Shown: one piece after another, positions 24,618 through 32,000 of the stretch
How positions within the stretch are numbered: the first letter of the stretch is position 1
How the letters are laid out: every line of letters begins with the position of its first letter
Assembly (NCBI RefSeq): GCF_000025685.1
Contig: NC_013967.1
Coordinates: 2,010,001-2,042,000 of the forward strand
Direction: 5' to 3'
Length of the DNA stretch: 32,000 bases
DNA from: Haloferax volcanii DS2
GTDB lineage: Archaea; Halobacteriota; Halobacteria; Halobacteriales; Haloferacaceae
Position numbers and translations under genes: made by a program
Notes under the pieces: model-generated
Told to the model about the DNA's origin: nothing
What the model saw: only the letters and a program-made list of their open reading frames with translations
The model's database searches: none

Positions 24618-25845
24618 GCGACACCGGCTGTTCGGCGTCGTCGGCCTCGCGGGCCGGCGCGTCCTCGGTCGCCTGCGGACCACGTCCTCGAAGCAGGTGC
24701 TTCTGAGCGTCATCGGCGTCGCCCTCGCCGTGACGCTCATGACGACCGTCAGCGGCATCGCCCTCGGTCTCGGCGCGGAAAACGCCATCCAGAGCGAGGG
24801 CGTCGACTACTGGGTCGTCCCCGAGGCCAGCACGGCCTCGTCGGTCGCCGTCTCGGTCGGCAGCCCGCAACTCGGCGACACCCACGCGATTACCGACCGA
24901 CTCGCGCGCGACGAGCGGGTGGACTACGCCACGCCGGTCCAGACGCAGTTGGTGACGCTCGCGCCCGAAGACGGCTCGACCGACGAGTACGTCCTCGCGG
25001 CGGGCATCATCCCGCCCGAGGAACCGACCTCGGTCGTCGGCGTCTCGACGGAGGCGCTCACGCCGGGCGACCCCCATTACGCCAACGGGAGCTACGACGG
25101 TCCCCGAACCGGCGAACTCGTCCTCAACGACGCCGCCGCGGAGCTGCTCGGCGTCTCGGCCGGCGACGAGGTGACCGCGAGCGTCGGCGGCTCGCGGGCC
25201 GAGTTCACCGTCGCCGACGTCCACGAGGGGTCGCTGTCGTCGGGCGTCGGGCCCGTCCCGGTCGCGCTCGTCCACCTCTCGGAACTGCAAACCATGACCG
25301 GCTCGACCGAGGGCGACCTCGCGGACCAACTGCTCGTCAGCACCGACTCGGCGGGCGTGCGGTCCGACATCGAGGCGCTCTACCCGCGGACCTCGGTCGT
25401 CACCCAGACCGGCCTCGCCGTCCGCGGCGCGTCGACCTCCAGCCTCCCGCTGGCGATGGCCGCCGTCTCGCTCGTCGTCGCCGTCCTCGTCGGCGTGCTG
25501 TTCGTCGCCACGATGATGGGCCTCGAAGTCAACGCGGACCGCCGCAACCTCGCCGTGCTCTCGGCGATGGGCTACCGGACGAGTTCGCAGATGTTGCTCG
25601 TCGTCGCCGAGACGGTGGTCGTCGCCACCGTCGGCGGCGTCGTCGGCGTCGTGGCCGGCATCGGCGGCATCTACCTGACGAACGCGATTACGCGGGAGCT
25701 CCTCGGCGTGCAGGTCGCGCTGTTCGACCCGGTGCTCGTCGGATACAGCGTCGCGGTCGCGGCGCTCATCGGCCTCGTCTCCTCGATTTATCCGGCGTGG
25801 CTCACCTGGCGGACCCCCACTCTGGAGGCGATGTCGCATGACTGA
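24610..25845 (+). CDS. ABC transporter permease, FtsX/MacB-type (permease 1)
   Basis: 411 aa. One N-terminal TM, an extracytoplasmic domain of about 240 aa, then three C-terminal TMs, which is the MacB/FtsX topology. It overlaps the ATPase stop by 8 nt (ATGGCTAG). Confidence 0.88.
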   Translation: MARRHRLFGVVGLAGRRVLGRLRTTSSKQVLLSVIGVALAVTLMTTVSGIALGLGAENAIQSEGVDYWVVPEASTASSVAVSVGSPQLGDTHAITDRLARDERVDYATPVQTQLVTLAPEDGSTDEYVLAAGIIPPEEPTSVVGVSTEALTPGDPHYANGSYDGPRTGELVLNDAAAELLGVSAGDEVTASVGGSRAEFTVADVHEGSLSSGVGPVPVALVHLSELQTMTGSTEGDLADQLLVSTDSAGVRSDIEALYPRTSVVTQTGLAVRGASTSSLPLAMAAVSLVVAVLVGVLFVATMMGLEVNADRRNLAVLSAMGYRTSSQMLLVVAETVVVATVGGVVGVVAGIGGIYLTNAITRELLGVQVALFDPVLVGYSVAVAALIGLVSSIYPAWLTWRTPTLEAMSHD

Positions 25846-27127
25846 GGACGCCGACCCGAACCGCGGTTCGGACGCAGCCACGACCCCGGAGTCGTCACGG
25901 TTCCCGCGACTCTCTCGGGTCCGCGCGTCTGCGGGCATCGCGGTCTCACAGCTCTCTCACGCCCGCGGGCGGACGGTCCTGACCGTCCTCGGCATCACGC
26001 TCGCTGTTCTCGCGGCAACGCTCTTGGCGGGGACGGGTATCGGCGTAATACAGACGGGCCAACAGCAGTTCGACGCGGCGGGTCGCGACGTGTGGATTAC
26101 CGGCGGCCCGGTCCGGTTCTCACCGACCGGCGTCGGCGGCTTCGAAAACAGCATCGTCGACGCCCACGGGTTAGACGCCGAACTGGAGGCCCGCGAGGAC
26201 GTGAAAGTCGTCACGCCGATGTCGTTCCAGACGGTGTACGTCAGGTCCAACGAATCGGACTACGAGACGCTCGTCGGCGTCGGCGCACCCGCCCGCGGCG
26301 GCTCGGTCCAGATTACGAACGGCTCGGGCTTCAGCCGACCGGACGTCCACTACGCCGGCGGCAACTACACCGGGCCGATGACCCACGAGGTCGTCATCGA
26401 CCAGCGGACCGCCGAGATGATGAACGTCTCCGTCGGTGATTCGCTGTACGTCGGCGGCACCACGGGAATCGCCCGCGAAAACGAGTTCACCGTCGTCGGC
26501 GTCTCGCCGACGTTCTCTCGGTTCCTCGGCACGCCGAGCGTCGTGGTCCACCTGAGCGAGCTTCAGGAGGTGACGGGCTCGACCGGCGCGGACACGGCCA
26601 CGCTCATGACGCTCACCGTCGCCGACGGGGCCGACCCCGAGGCGGTCGCGGCCGACATCCAAGCGGACTATCCGGACTACGACGTGCGGACGAACCAGGA
26701 ACAGCTCACGGAGATTCTGCGCGACCAGGCGGTCGTGATGGCCGCCGGCGGGAGCCTCGTCTTCCTCGCGCTCCTCGCGGGGCTGGCGCTCAGCGTGAAC
26801 GTCCTGCTGTCGCACGTCTACCACCAAAAGCGGGAGCTCGCGGCGCTGAAGGCGCTGGGTACGTCGTCGTCGACGCTGTCGCTGACGCTCGTCGCGCAGG
26901 CGCTCGTCCTCGGCACGTTCGGCGGCCTGCTCGGGGTGGCGCTGTCGTTCCCGGCGGCGGTCGGCCTGAACCGACTGGCACAGCTCCTCGTCGGCTTCGG
27001 TGACGTGGTCGTCCTCCCGCGGGCGGTGCTCGCCGGCGGCTTCGCCATCGCGTTCGTGATGAGCCTCGTGTCGTCGCTCGCGGTCAGCCGGCAGATAGCC
27101 GGCATCCGGCCGCTCGACCACCTGTAA
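25838..27127 (+). CDS. ABC transporter permease, FtsX/MacB-type (permease 2, distinct from permease 1)
   Basis: 429 aa with the same topology as permease 1 (TM1 LTVLGITLAVLAATLLAGTGIG, a large loop, three C-terminal TMs). It overlaps the permease 1 stop by 8 nt (ATGACTGA). Confidence 0.88.
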   Translation: MTEDADPNRGSDAATTPESSRFPRLSRVRASAGIAVSQLSHARGRTVLTVLGITLAVLAATLLAGTGIGVIQTGQQQFDAAGRDVWITGGPVRFSPTGVGGFENSIVDAHGLDAELEAREDVKVVTPMSFQTVYVRSNESDYETLVGVGAPARGGSVQITNGSGFSRPDVHYAGGNYTGPMTHEVVIDQRTAEMMNVSVGDSLYVGGTTGIARENEFTVVGVSPTFSRFLGTPSVVVHLSELQEVTGSTGADTATLMTLTVADGADPEAVAADIQADYPDYDVRTNQEQLTEILRDQAVVMAAGGSLVFLALLAGLALSVNVLLSHVYHQKRELAALKALGTSSSTLSLTLVAQALVLGTFGGLLGVALSFPAAVGLNRLAQLLVGFGDVVVLPRAVLAGGFAIAFVMSLVSSLAVSRQIAGIRPLDHL

Positions 27128-27201
27128 TCGCGGGGCCATCCGGGCGTCGCCCGACCCCCGCAAGCGATAGTTTAGTTATCCCGCCCCGTCCACGACCGTA
27201 C

Positions 27202-27477
27202 ATGGCAACGGCACGACGCGAGCGATTCATCCGCGCCCAGCTCGCCTGGATGCTCGGCGCGACCCTCGTCTTGGTCCTCCTCGATTCGCTTTCCTACGAG
27301 TTGGTGTTCGTCGTGTCGCTCATCGGCTTTCTCGTCGTCGTCGAACTCACCGCGCCGGTCGCGGTGACGCCCGCGTGGCGACGACGGCTCCTGTGGCTCA
27401 TCGGCGGCGGCCTCGTCGCCTTCGGCTACATCGTGGTCAGACGCATCCTCGACATCCTCCCGCCGGGGGTGTTCTGA
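27202..27477 (+). CDS. Small membrane protein (91 aa, about 3 TM), first gene of the DUF4350 operon
   Basis: MATARRERFIRAQLAWMLGATLVLVLLDSLSYELVFVVSLIGFLVVVELTAPVAV... An AT-rich box ATAGTTTAGTTAT (27167-27179) is centred about 29 nt upstream. Its TGA stop abuts the GTG start of the next gene. Confidence 0.6.
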   Translation: MATARRERFIRAQLAWMLGATLVLVLLDSLSYELVFVVSLIGFLVVVELTAPVAVTPAWRRRLLWLIGGGLVAFGYIVVRRILDILPPGVF

Positions 27478-28389
27478 GTGCGCCTCGGCTCCCGCGAGGT
27501 CGGCTATCCGCACCTGTTGGTCGCGGCGCTCCTCGTCGCGATGCTCGTTGGCGTCGGCGTCGGCGCGGGTACCTCGTCGTCCACCTACGGCGCGTTCAAC
27601 GCCGCGTGGGACGGCGGCTCCGGCGTCCGCGGGGTCGCGGCCGACGCGGGCGCAGAGACCGAGGTCGTCTACAACACCACCGAGTACGACGCGGTCGACC
27701 CGGCGCCGGCGGGCTCCGTCGCGTTCGTCATCTCGCCCGAGCGGGGCTACACCGACGCCGAGGCCGCCCGCATCGAGGCGTTCGTCCGCGCCGGCGGGAC
27801 CGTCGTCGTCGCCGACGACTTCAGGCCGCACGGCAACGACCTGCTCGCCCGACTGGGCGCGTCGGCGCGAATCGACCGGACGCCGCTCCGCGACGACCGC
27901 CACCAGTACAAATCGGGCGCGCTCCCGGTCGCCACGCGTGTCGCCGCGGACCCGCTGACCCGAAACGTGACGCAACTCAGCTTGAACCACCCGGCGACGG
28001 TGACGGCGAACGAAAGCACCGTCCTCGTCCGCTCGTCGAACTTCTCGTATCTCGACCGCGACGACGACGGCGAACTCGACGACGACGAGACGCTCCAATC
28101 GCACCCCGTCGTGACCAGAGAGCGCCTCGGCGCGGGCGACGTGGTCGTCGTGAGCGACCCGAGCGTGTTCATCAACGCGATGCTCGACCGGCCGGACAAC
28201 CGGGCGTTCGCGACGGCGCTCGTCTCTGACCGGGCGACCGTCGTGTTGGACTTCTCGCACGCCGAGGAGCGCCCGCCGCTGCAAGTCGCGCTTCGGGCGC
28301 TCCGCGACTCGGGCGCGCTGCAGCTCCTGTTCGGCGTCGTCGCCGCCGGTGCGGTCGCGTTGGTCGCCCGGCAGGGACGGCTCTCGTAG
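27478..28389 (+). CDS. DUF4350-like membrane-anchored protein (303 aa)
   Basis: GTG start directly after the upstream stop. An N-terminal TM and a C-terminal TM flank a soluble domain containing FVRAGGTVVVADDF and GAGDVVVVSDPSVFIN. By eye this pattern matches DUF4350 proteins that accompany MoxR/DUF58 genes. Confidence 0.7.
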   Translation: MRLGSREVGYPHLLVAALLVAMLVGVGVGAGTSSSTYGAFNAAWDGGSGVRGVAADAGAETEVVYNTTEYDAVDPAPAGSVAFVISPERGYTDAEAARIEAFVRAGGTVVVADDFRPHGNDLLARLGASARIDRTPLRDDRHQYKSGALPVATRVAADPLTRNVTQLSLNHPATVTANESTVLVRSSNFSYLDRDDDGELDDDETLQSHPVVTRERLGAGDVVVVSDPSVFINAMLDRPDNRAFATALVSDRATVVLDFSHAEERPPLQVALRALRDSGALQLLFGVVAAGAVALVARQGRLS

Positions 28390-28487
28390 GCCGTCTCGAC
28401 GCTCGGGCGGCGCTGTTGCCTCGCTGTCCGTCTCGCGGGGTCGCGGAGACCGCAGTTATATGTGGCCGCCGTCCCGACTGTTGCCAT

Positions 28488-29477
28488 ATGAGTGCTCCCG
28501 AAGAGGTCTACGAGACCATCCTGGACGAGACGTCGCAACTCCTCGTCGGGAACGAAGACGCGATTGAGGCGCTCACCATCGCGTTGCTGACGAACGGGCA
28601 CGTCCTCCTCGAAGGGGTTCCGGGCGTGGCTAAGACGACGATTGCCAACCTGTTCGCCCACGCCGCGAACCTCGACTACCAGCGGATTCAGATGACGCCC
28701 GACGTGTTGCCTGCCGACATCACGGGCACCCACATCTACCGCGAGAACCTCGGTGAGTTCGAACTCCAGCGGGGGCCGGTGTTCTCGAACGTCGTCCTCG
28801 CGGACGAGATAAACCGCGCGACGCCGAAGACGCAGTCCGCGCTCCTCGAAGCGATGGAGGAGGGACAGGTGACAATCGAGGGCGAGACGCTCAAGCTCCC
28901 CTATCCGTTCATAGTCGTCGCCACGCAGAACCCCATCGAGTACGAGGGGACGTTCAATCTCCCGGAGGCCCAGCGCGACCGCTTCCAGTTCAAGGTCGTC
29001 GTCGACCTCCCCGAACGGGCCGACGAGCGGGAGATTCTCGAACGGTTCGACCGCTCGCCGTCGCTCAAGCCCTCGGACATCTCGAACGTCATCGACGACG
29101 CCGACATCGGGGAGGCCCGGCAGGTCGTCACGGGCGTCCACGTCGACGACAAGGTGTTCGACTACATCCTCGACCTCGTCGGCGCGACGCGGACGCACGC
29201 CGCGGTCGATTTCGGCGCGTCGCCCCGCGCCTCGCTGGCCTTCCTGCGGGCCGGGAAGGCCGCCGCGGCGATTCGCGGCCGCGACTACGTGATTCCGGAC
29301 GACGTGAAGCGACTCGCGCCCATCATCATGTCGCACCGCCTCGTTCTCGGGACCGAGGCGGACATCAGCGGGCGCGACCCCCGAGACGTCGTCGAGGAGG
29401 TCGTCGACACCGTTCCGACGCCCGAAGTCGGTCTCGACGAGTCGACGACGACCTCGGTCGCGGGCGACGACGACTGA
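28488..29477 (+). CDS. MoxR-family AAA+ ATPase
   Basis: Walker A is LLEGVPGVAKTT and Walker B is VVLADEINRATPKTQSALLEAMEE, followed by FIVVATQNPIEYEGTFNLPEAQRDRF. I chose the start at the internal ATG of track ORF 28416-29477. A TATA-like AGTTATAT box (28454-28461) lies about 30 nt upstream. Confidence 0.93.
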   Translation: MSAPEEVYETILDETSQLLVGNEDAIEALTIALLTNGHVLLEGVPGVAKTTIANLFAHAANLDYQRIQMTPDVLPADITGTHIYRENLGEFELQRGPVFSNVVLADEINRATPKTQSALLEAMEEGQVTIEGETLKLPYPFIVVATQNPIEYEGTFNLPEAQRDRFQFKVVVDLPERADEREILERFDRSPSLKPSDISNVIDDADIGEARQVVTGVHVDDKVFDYILDLVGATRTHAAVDFGASPRASLAFLRAGKAAAAIRGRDYVIPDDVKRLAPIIMSHRLVLGTEADISGRDPRDVVEEVVDTVPTPEVGLDESTTTSVAGDDD

Positions 29478-29492
29478 GCGCGAGCCGGCGAC

Positions 29493-30533
29493 CTATCGGC
29501 GCTCGTCGGGGTCTGCGTTCTCGGTCTCTCTTCTCGTTTCGGTCGTGCCGTCCGCCGCGTCCGCCGACGGCTCGGTCTCGGTCTCGGTCTCTTCGTCGCC
29601 TCCGACCTCCCACCGGCAGGTGACGGCGAAATCCATCTCCTCGCCGGCGGCGACCTCCGTGACGACCGGCGCATCGAGGCCGCGGGCGACGACCACGGCG
29701 ACCAACGACGCGACCGGCGTGTCGAACGTCTCGGCGGCGGCGAACCGACAGTCCTCGACGCGGACCGTCAGGCGACCGTCCGCGGCGTCCGTCTCGGCGG
29801 TCGCGGCCCCGGCGAGTTCGAACAGTTCCACGAGCGCGTCGGTCGCCTGTCGCGCCAGCGTCTCGGGGTCGTCGCCGAGGGGACCGTCGAGACTTCGCTC
29901 GAACTCGTCGAACAGGCCGCCGCCGCTGGGGTCGAACGCGACGCCGCGGGCCAGTTCGTCGTCGGTGACGACGAAGGTGTCCCGGAGCGCCTCGGCGTCG
30001 GGAAGCGCGTAGGCGCGGTGCTCCGGGACGAACAGGCGGACGCTGTCGCGGTCGGCGTCGGGGACGTAGACGGTCGCGTCCTGCAACCCGAGCTCGTCGA
30101 CGACGGCGGCGTGGTTGCCCGCGTGCGCGCCGAACACCGACGCGCCGACGCCGACGGAGATGAACCGCTCGGGGCTGAGATATCGGGTCACCGCGGCGGC
30201 GAACAGCCCGATAGCCCCGAGGACGACGAGCGTCTCGCGAACGGGCGGAAACAGCGCCCCGCCGAGCAGTCCGGCGACGCCGAGCGCGGTCAGCGCGACC
30301 GCGGTCCGCCGGTACTGCCCCTCTCGGAGCGCTTCGTAGCGCTGTCTGAGCCGGACGTTCTCGCGCCGGAGCCCGGCGAGTTCGGCGCGGTCGGCGTCGG
30401 CGTCGGGGTCGCCGGTGTCGCCGGTGCCGGTTCGGCCGGCGTCGCCGTCGCGCTCGGTCGCAGCCGACACGACCGCGTGGGTCTCGCCGTTCGCCAGCCC
30501 CTCGTCGAGACGGTCGGGGTCGTCCGCGCTCAT
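29493..30533 (-). CDS. Hypothetical membrane protein (346 aa): acidic N-terminus, coiled-coil-like segment, 2 TM, soluble C-terminal domain, acidic tail
   Basis: RAELAGLRRENVRLRQRYEALREGQYRR is followed by TAVALTALGVAGLLGGALF and LVVLGAIGLFAAAV. GC3 is high. Its ATG overlaps the stop of the upstream gene (ATGA at 30530-30533). Confidence 0.7.
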   Translation of the reverse strand: MSADDPDRLDEGLANGETHAVVSAATERDGDAGRTGTGDTGDPDADADRAELAGLRRENVRLRQRYEALREGQYRRTAVALTALGVAGLLGGALFPPVRETLVVLGAIGLFAAAVTRYLSPERFISVGVGASVFGAHAGNHAAVVDELGLQDATVYVPDADRDSVRLFVPEHRAYALPDAEALRDTFVVTDDELARGVAFDPSGGGLFDEFERSLDGPLGDDPETLARQATDALVELFELAGAATAETDAADGRLTVRVEDCRFAAAETFDTPVASLVAVVVARGLDAPVVTEVAAGEEMDFAVTCRWEVGGDEETETETEPSADAADGTTETRRETENADPDERR

Positions 30534-31036
30534 CGCTCCGCCCCCGGCGCGTCAACGAGACCGAGGGCGACGCGCTCGTATCGGTGGATCCCGTAGGCGA
30601 CCGCCGCGGCGAGGACGGCGGCGACCGCCGCGGCCTGCCACGCCCACCGAAGCGTCGACCACAGCGCCCACGCGACCCCGAGGGCGACGACGTAGCCCGC
30701 CGCCAGCCGGGCGAGTCGAGCGCGGTCCGGCGGCCACCCGTACGCGGCGCTCGCGAGGAGCGGGAACGCGGCGAGCTGCGCGCCCCCGACCGCGACGAGG
30801 CCGGCGTCTCCGAACAGCGAGACGGCGGTCAGTTGGGCGACGACGAACGCGAGCGGTCCCCCGGTCGCCGCCGCCGCGACGAGGACGAGGACGCCGGCGG
30901 CGACGCCCCACGGCCCGCTGGCCAGCCCCACCGCGAGCGTGAAACAGAGGACGCCCGCCGCGTCCATCGGGGTGAGCTCGTTCGCGTCCAACACGGTTCG
31001 AATCGTCAGTTCGCTCTGGTTCACAGGTGTCTCCAT
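30530..31036 (-). CDS. Hypothetical polytopic membrane protein (168 aa)
   Basis: METPVNQSELTIRTVLDANELTPMDAAGVLCFTLAVGLASGPWGVAAGVLVLVAAAATGG... has 4-5 Ala/Gly/Val-rich hydrophobic segments. It starts 6 nt after the DUF58 gene stop and is coupled to the downstream gene. Confidence 0.65.
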   Translation of the reverse strand: METPVNQSELTIRTVLDANELTPMDAAGVLCFTLAVGLASGPWGVAAGVLVLVAAAATGGPLAFVVAQLTAVSLFGDAGLVAVGGAQLAAFPLLASAAYGWPPDRARLARLAAGYVVALGVAWALWSTLRWAWQAAAVAAVLAAAVAYGIHRYERVALGLVDAPGAER

Positions 31037-31042
31037 CGGTGT

Positions 31043-32000
31043 TCACTCCGCTGTGGTGGCCCGCGCCGTCGCCAGTGCCATCGCGCTCTTCGGGGCGACC
31101 TCGTAGACGGTGACGTTCGGCAGCCGTTCGAGGAGCTTTCTGAACTCCTCGAAGGCGACGAGTCCGGCCGCGAAGTCCGTGGCCGCCGCGTCGGCGGCGT
31201 CGTCGAAGAACGTCGTCGGCGTGAGGAAGACGCTCGTCTGGCTGCTCCGCTTCGATGCGACGACGACCGCCTCGTAGGTCTCGACTTTCGCCGAGTCGTC
31301 GGTGACGAGCACGAGGTGGTCCTGTCTGTTCGACCGCGAGCACGCGGATTTCACCGCGTCGAAAAGCGGCCGGTCGCTGACCCGCGAGACGTAGCTTTCG
31401 CCGTCGCGGAGATACGGGCGGAGCGTCGCCGCGAACGCCGAGTCGTCGTCGAGGAGGCGACTCCGCTTGCGGGCGTCTTCCGGGGCGACCGGGCGGGACG
31501 CGTCGACCGGGCGGCGCGGGCTGGCGGTCGGCTCCATCGAGAGCAGTCGCCGCCGAACCGTCTGGTAGGCGTTCGACGAGGAGGAGGGGCCGAACTCCCA
31601 CTCCATCGCGTCGTCGCCGACGAACTGCGTCGAGACGGGGTCGCCGTGGGACTCCGCGGCGTCGACGAGGCCGAGCGCGATTTCGCGCGCGTACGACAGC
31701 ATCGTCCGCCCGGTCGGGCCGCGGTTCATGTGCGACCCGCAGTCGACCACGAGCGACAGCAGGTAGTCGGACTCAGATTCGAACTCGCGGATGTACGGGT
31801 GGTTCATCCGGGCGGTGGTCTTCCAGTCAATCTGCGACAGCGTGTCGCCGGGGAGGTACTGCCGCGTCTCGTGGGGGACGAGCCCCGGTCCGGTCTGGTC
31901 GCTGGAGTGGTCACCGAACGTCGTGCCGACCAGTTTGCCGCCGCGCCCGACGTGGATTCCCTCGGGGGCCGGCGGTTCGACCAGACAGCGGGCGTCGGCG
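31043..32000 (-). CDS. DUF58 (vWA-like) domain protein, N-terminally truncated by the right window edge
   Basis: Track ORF 31043-31807 starts at an internal Met. The frame stays open to position 32000, and my upstream translation reads ...HETRQYLPGDTLSQIDWKTTARMNHPYIREFESE. This is the DUF58 hallmark (R-x-Y-x-P-G-D-x4-I-D-W-K-x-T-A-R). Confidence 0.85.
   Translation of the reverse strand, partial: ADARCLVEPPAPEGIHVGRGGKLVGTTFGDHSSDQTGPGLVPHETRQYLPGDTLSQIDWKTTARMNHPYIREFESESDYLLSLVVDCGSHMNRGPTGRTMLSYAREIALGLVDAAESHGDPVSTQFVGDDAMEWEFGPSSSSNAYQTVRRRLLSMEPTASPRRPVDASRPVAPEDARKRSRLLDDDSAFAATLRPYLRDGESYVSRVSDRPLFDAVKSACSRSNRQDHLVLVTDDSAKVETYEAVVVASKRSSQTSVFLTPTTFFDDAADAAATDFAAGLVAFEEFRKLLERLPNVTVYEVAPKSAMALATARATTAE

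Noticed and set aside
30995-31004. tRNA T-loop-like GGTTCGAATC
   Set aside because: The flanking sequence cannot form a T-stem or acceptor stem. It lies inside a well-behaved membrane-protein CDS on the opposite strand.
22074-31601. Assorted long Arg-rich ORFs (22074-23096 -, 22750-23859 -, 23578-24606 +, 23844-24788 -, 24556-25938 -, 26171-27163 -, 27172-28284 -, 27375-28229 +, 27747-29336 -, 29365-30555 -, 30552-31601 -)
   Set aside because: Each overlaps a gene with clear family motifs or a membrane-protein profile in another frame. Their compositions (poly-R, RRRP, GRR) are typical off-frame translations of GC-rich coding DNA.

Overview
High-GC (about 65%) sequence that looks haloarchaeal (class Halobacteria): acidic proteins, Tat/lipobox signals, a PGF-CTERM sorting signal, and AT-rich TATA-like boxes about 25-30 nt upstream of most ATGs, which suggests leaderless mRNAs. 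I found no rRNA, tRNA, CRISPR array, transposase or integrase. All calls come from reading the ORF track and the DNA; no database search or HMM was run, so family names are recognition by eye.

Gene content, left to right:
(1) 1-7125: a nitric-oxide-reductase / copper-protein island. It holds a truncated quinol-type NO reductase, a His-rich protein with a CGCGG motif, a Tat lipoprotein, a XapX-like mini-membrane protein, a two-cupredoxin halocyanin, an HTH_10 regulator, an ArsR-like regulator and a Tat-lipoprotein two-domain multicopper oxidase.
(2) 7239-13477: housekeeping genes (thiC, a CaCA antiporter, a tandem Usp, a small membrane protein, maeB).
(3) 13654-14646: a tandem pair of small paralogous proteins of unknown function.
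(4) 15177-23150: a 2257-aa PGF-CTERM surface protein built of CARDB/Ig-like repeats, plus a smaller secreted partner.
(5) 23187-27127: a YdjM-like membrane hydrolase and a MacB/LolCDE-style ABC transporter (one ATPase, two different FtsX permeases).
(6) 27202-32000: a MoxR / DUF4350 / DUF58 cluster with uncharacterised membrane partners.

The strongest unexplained signal is a perfect palindrome, CGAACATGTTCG. It occurs three times, once in each of the three divergent promoter regions of island (1), with the same spacing to TATA-like boxes each time. That suggests one operator tying qNOR, halocyanin, the multicopper oxidase, the CGCGG protein and two regulators into a single regulon. Secondary observations: a 50-bp direct repeat 1010 bp apart, the apparently type-A copper-motif layout of the oxidase, the small paralog pair with a 49-nt identical core, and the architecture of the surface-protein / ABC neighbourhood. 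Many long ORFs in the track are Arg/Pro/Gly-rich wrong-frame or antisense artefacts of the high GC content, and I rejected them.
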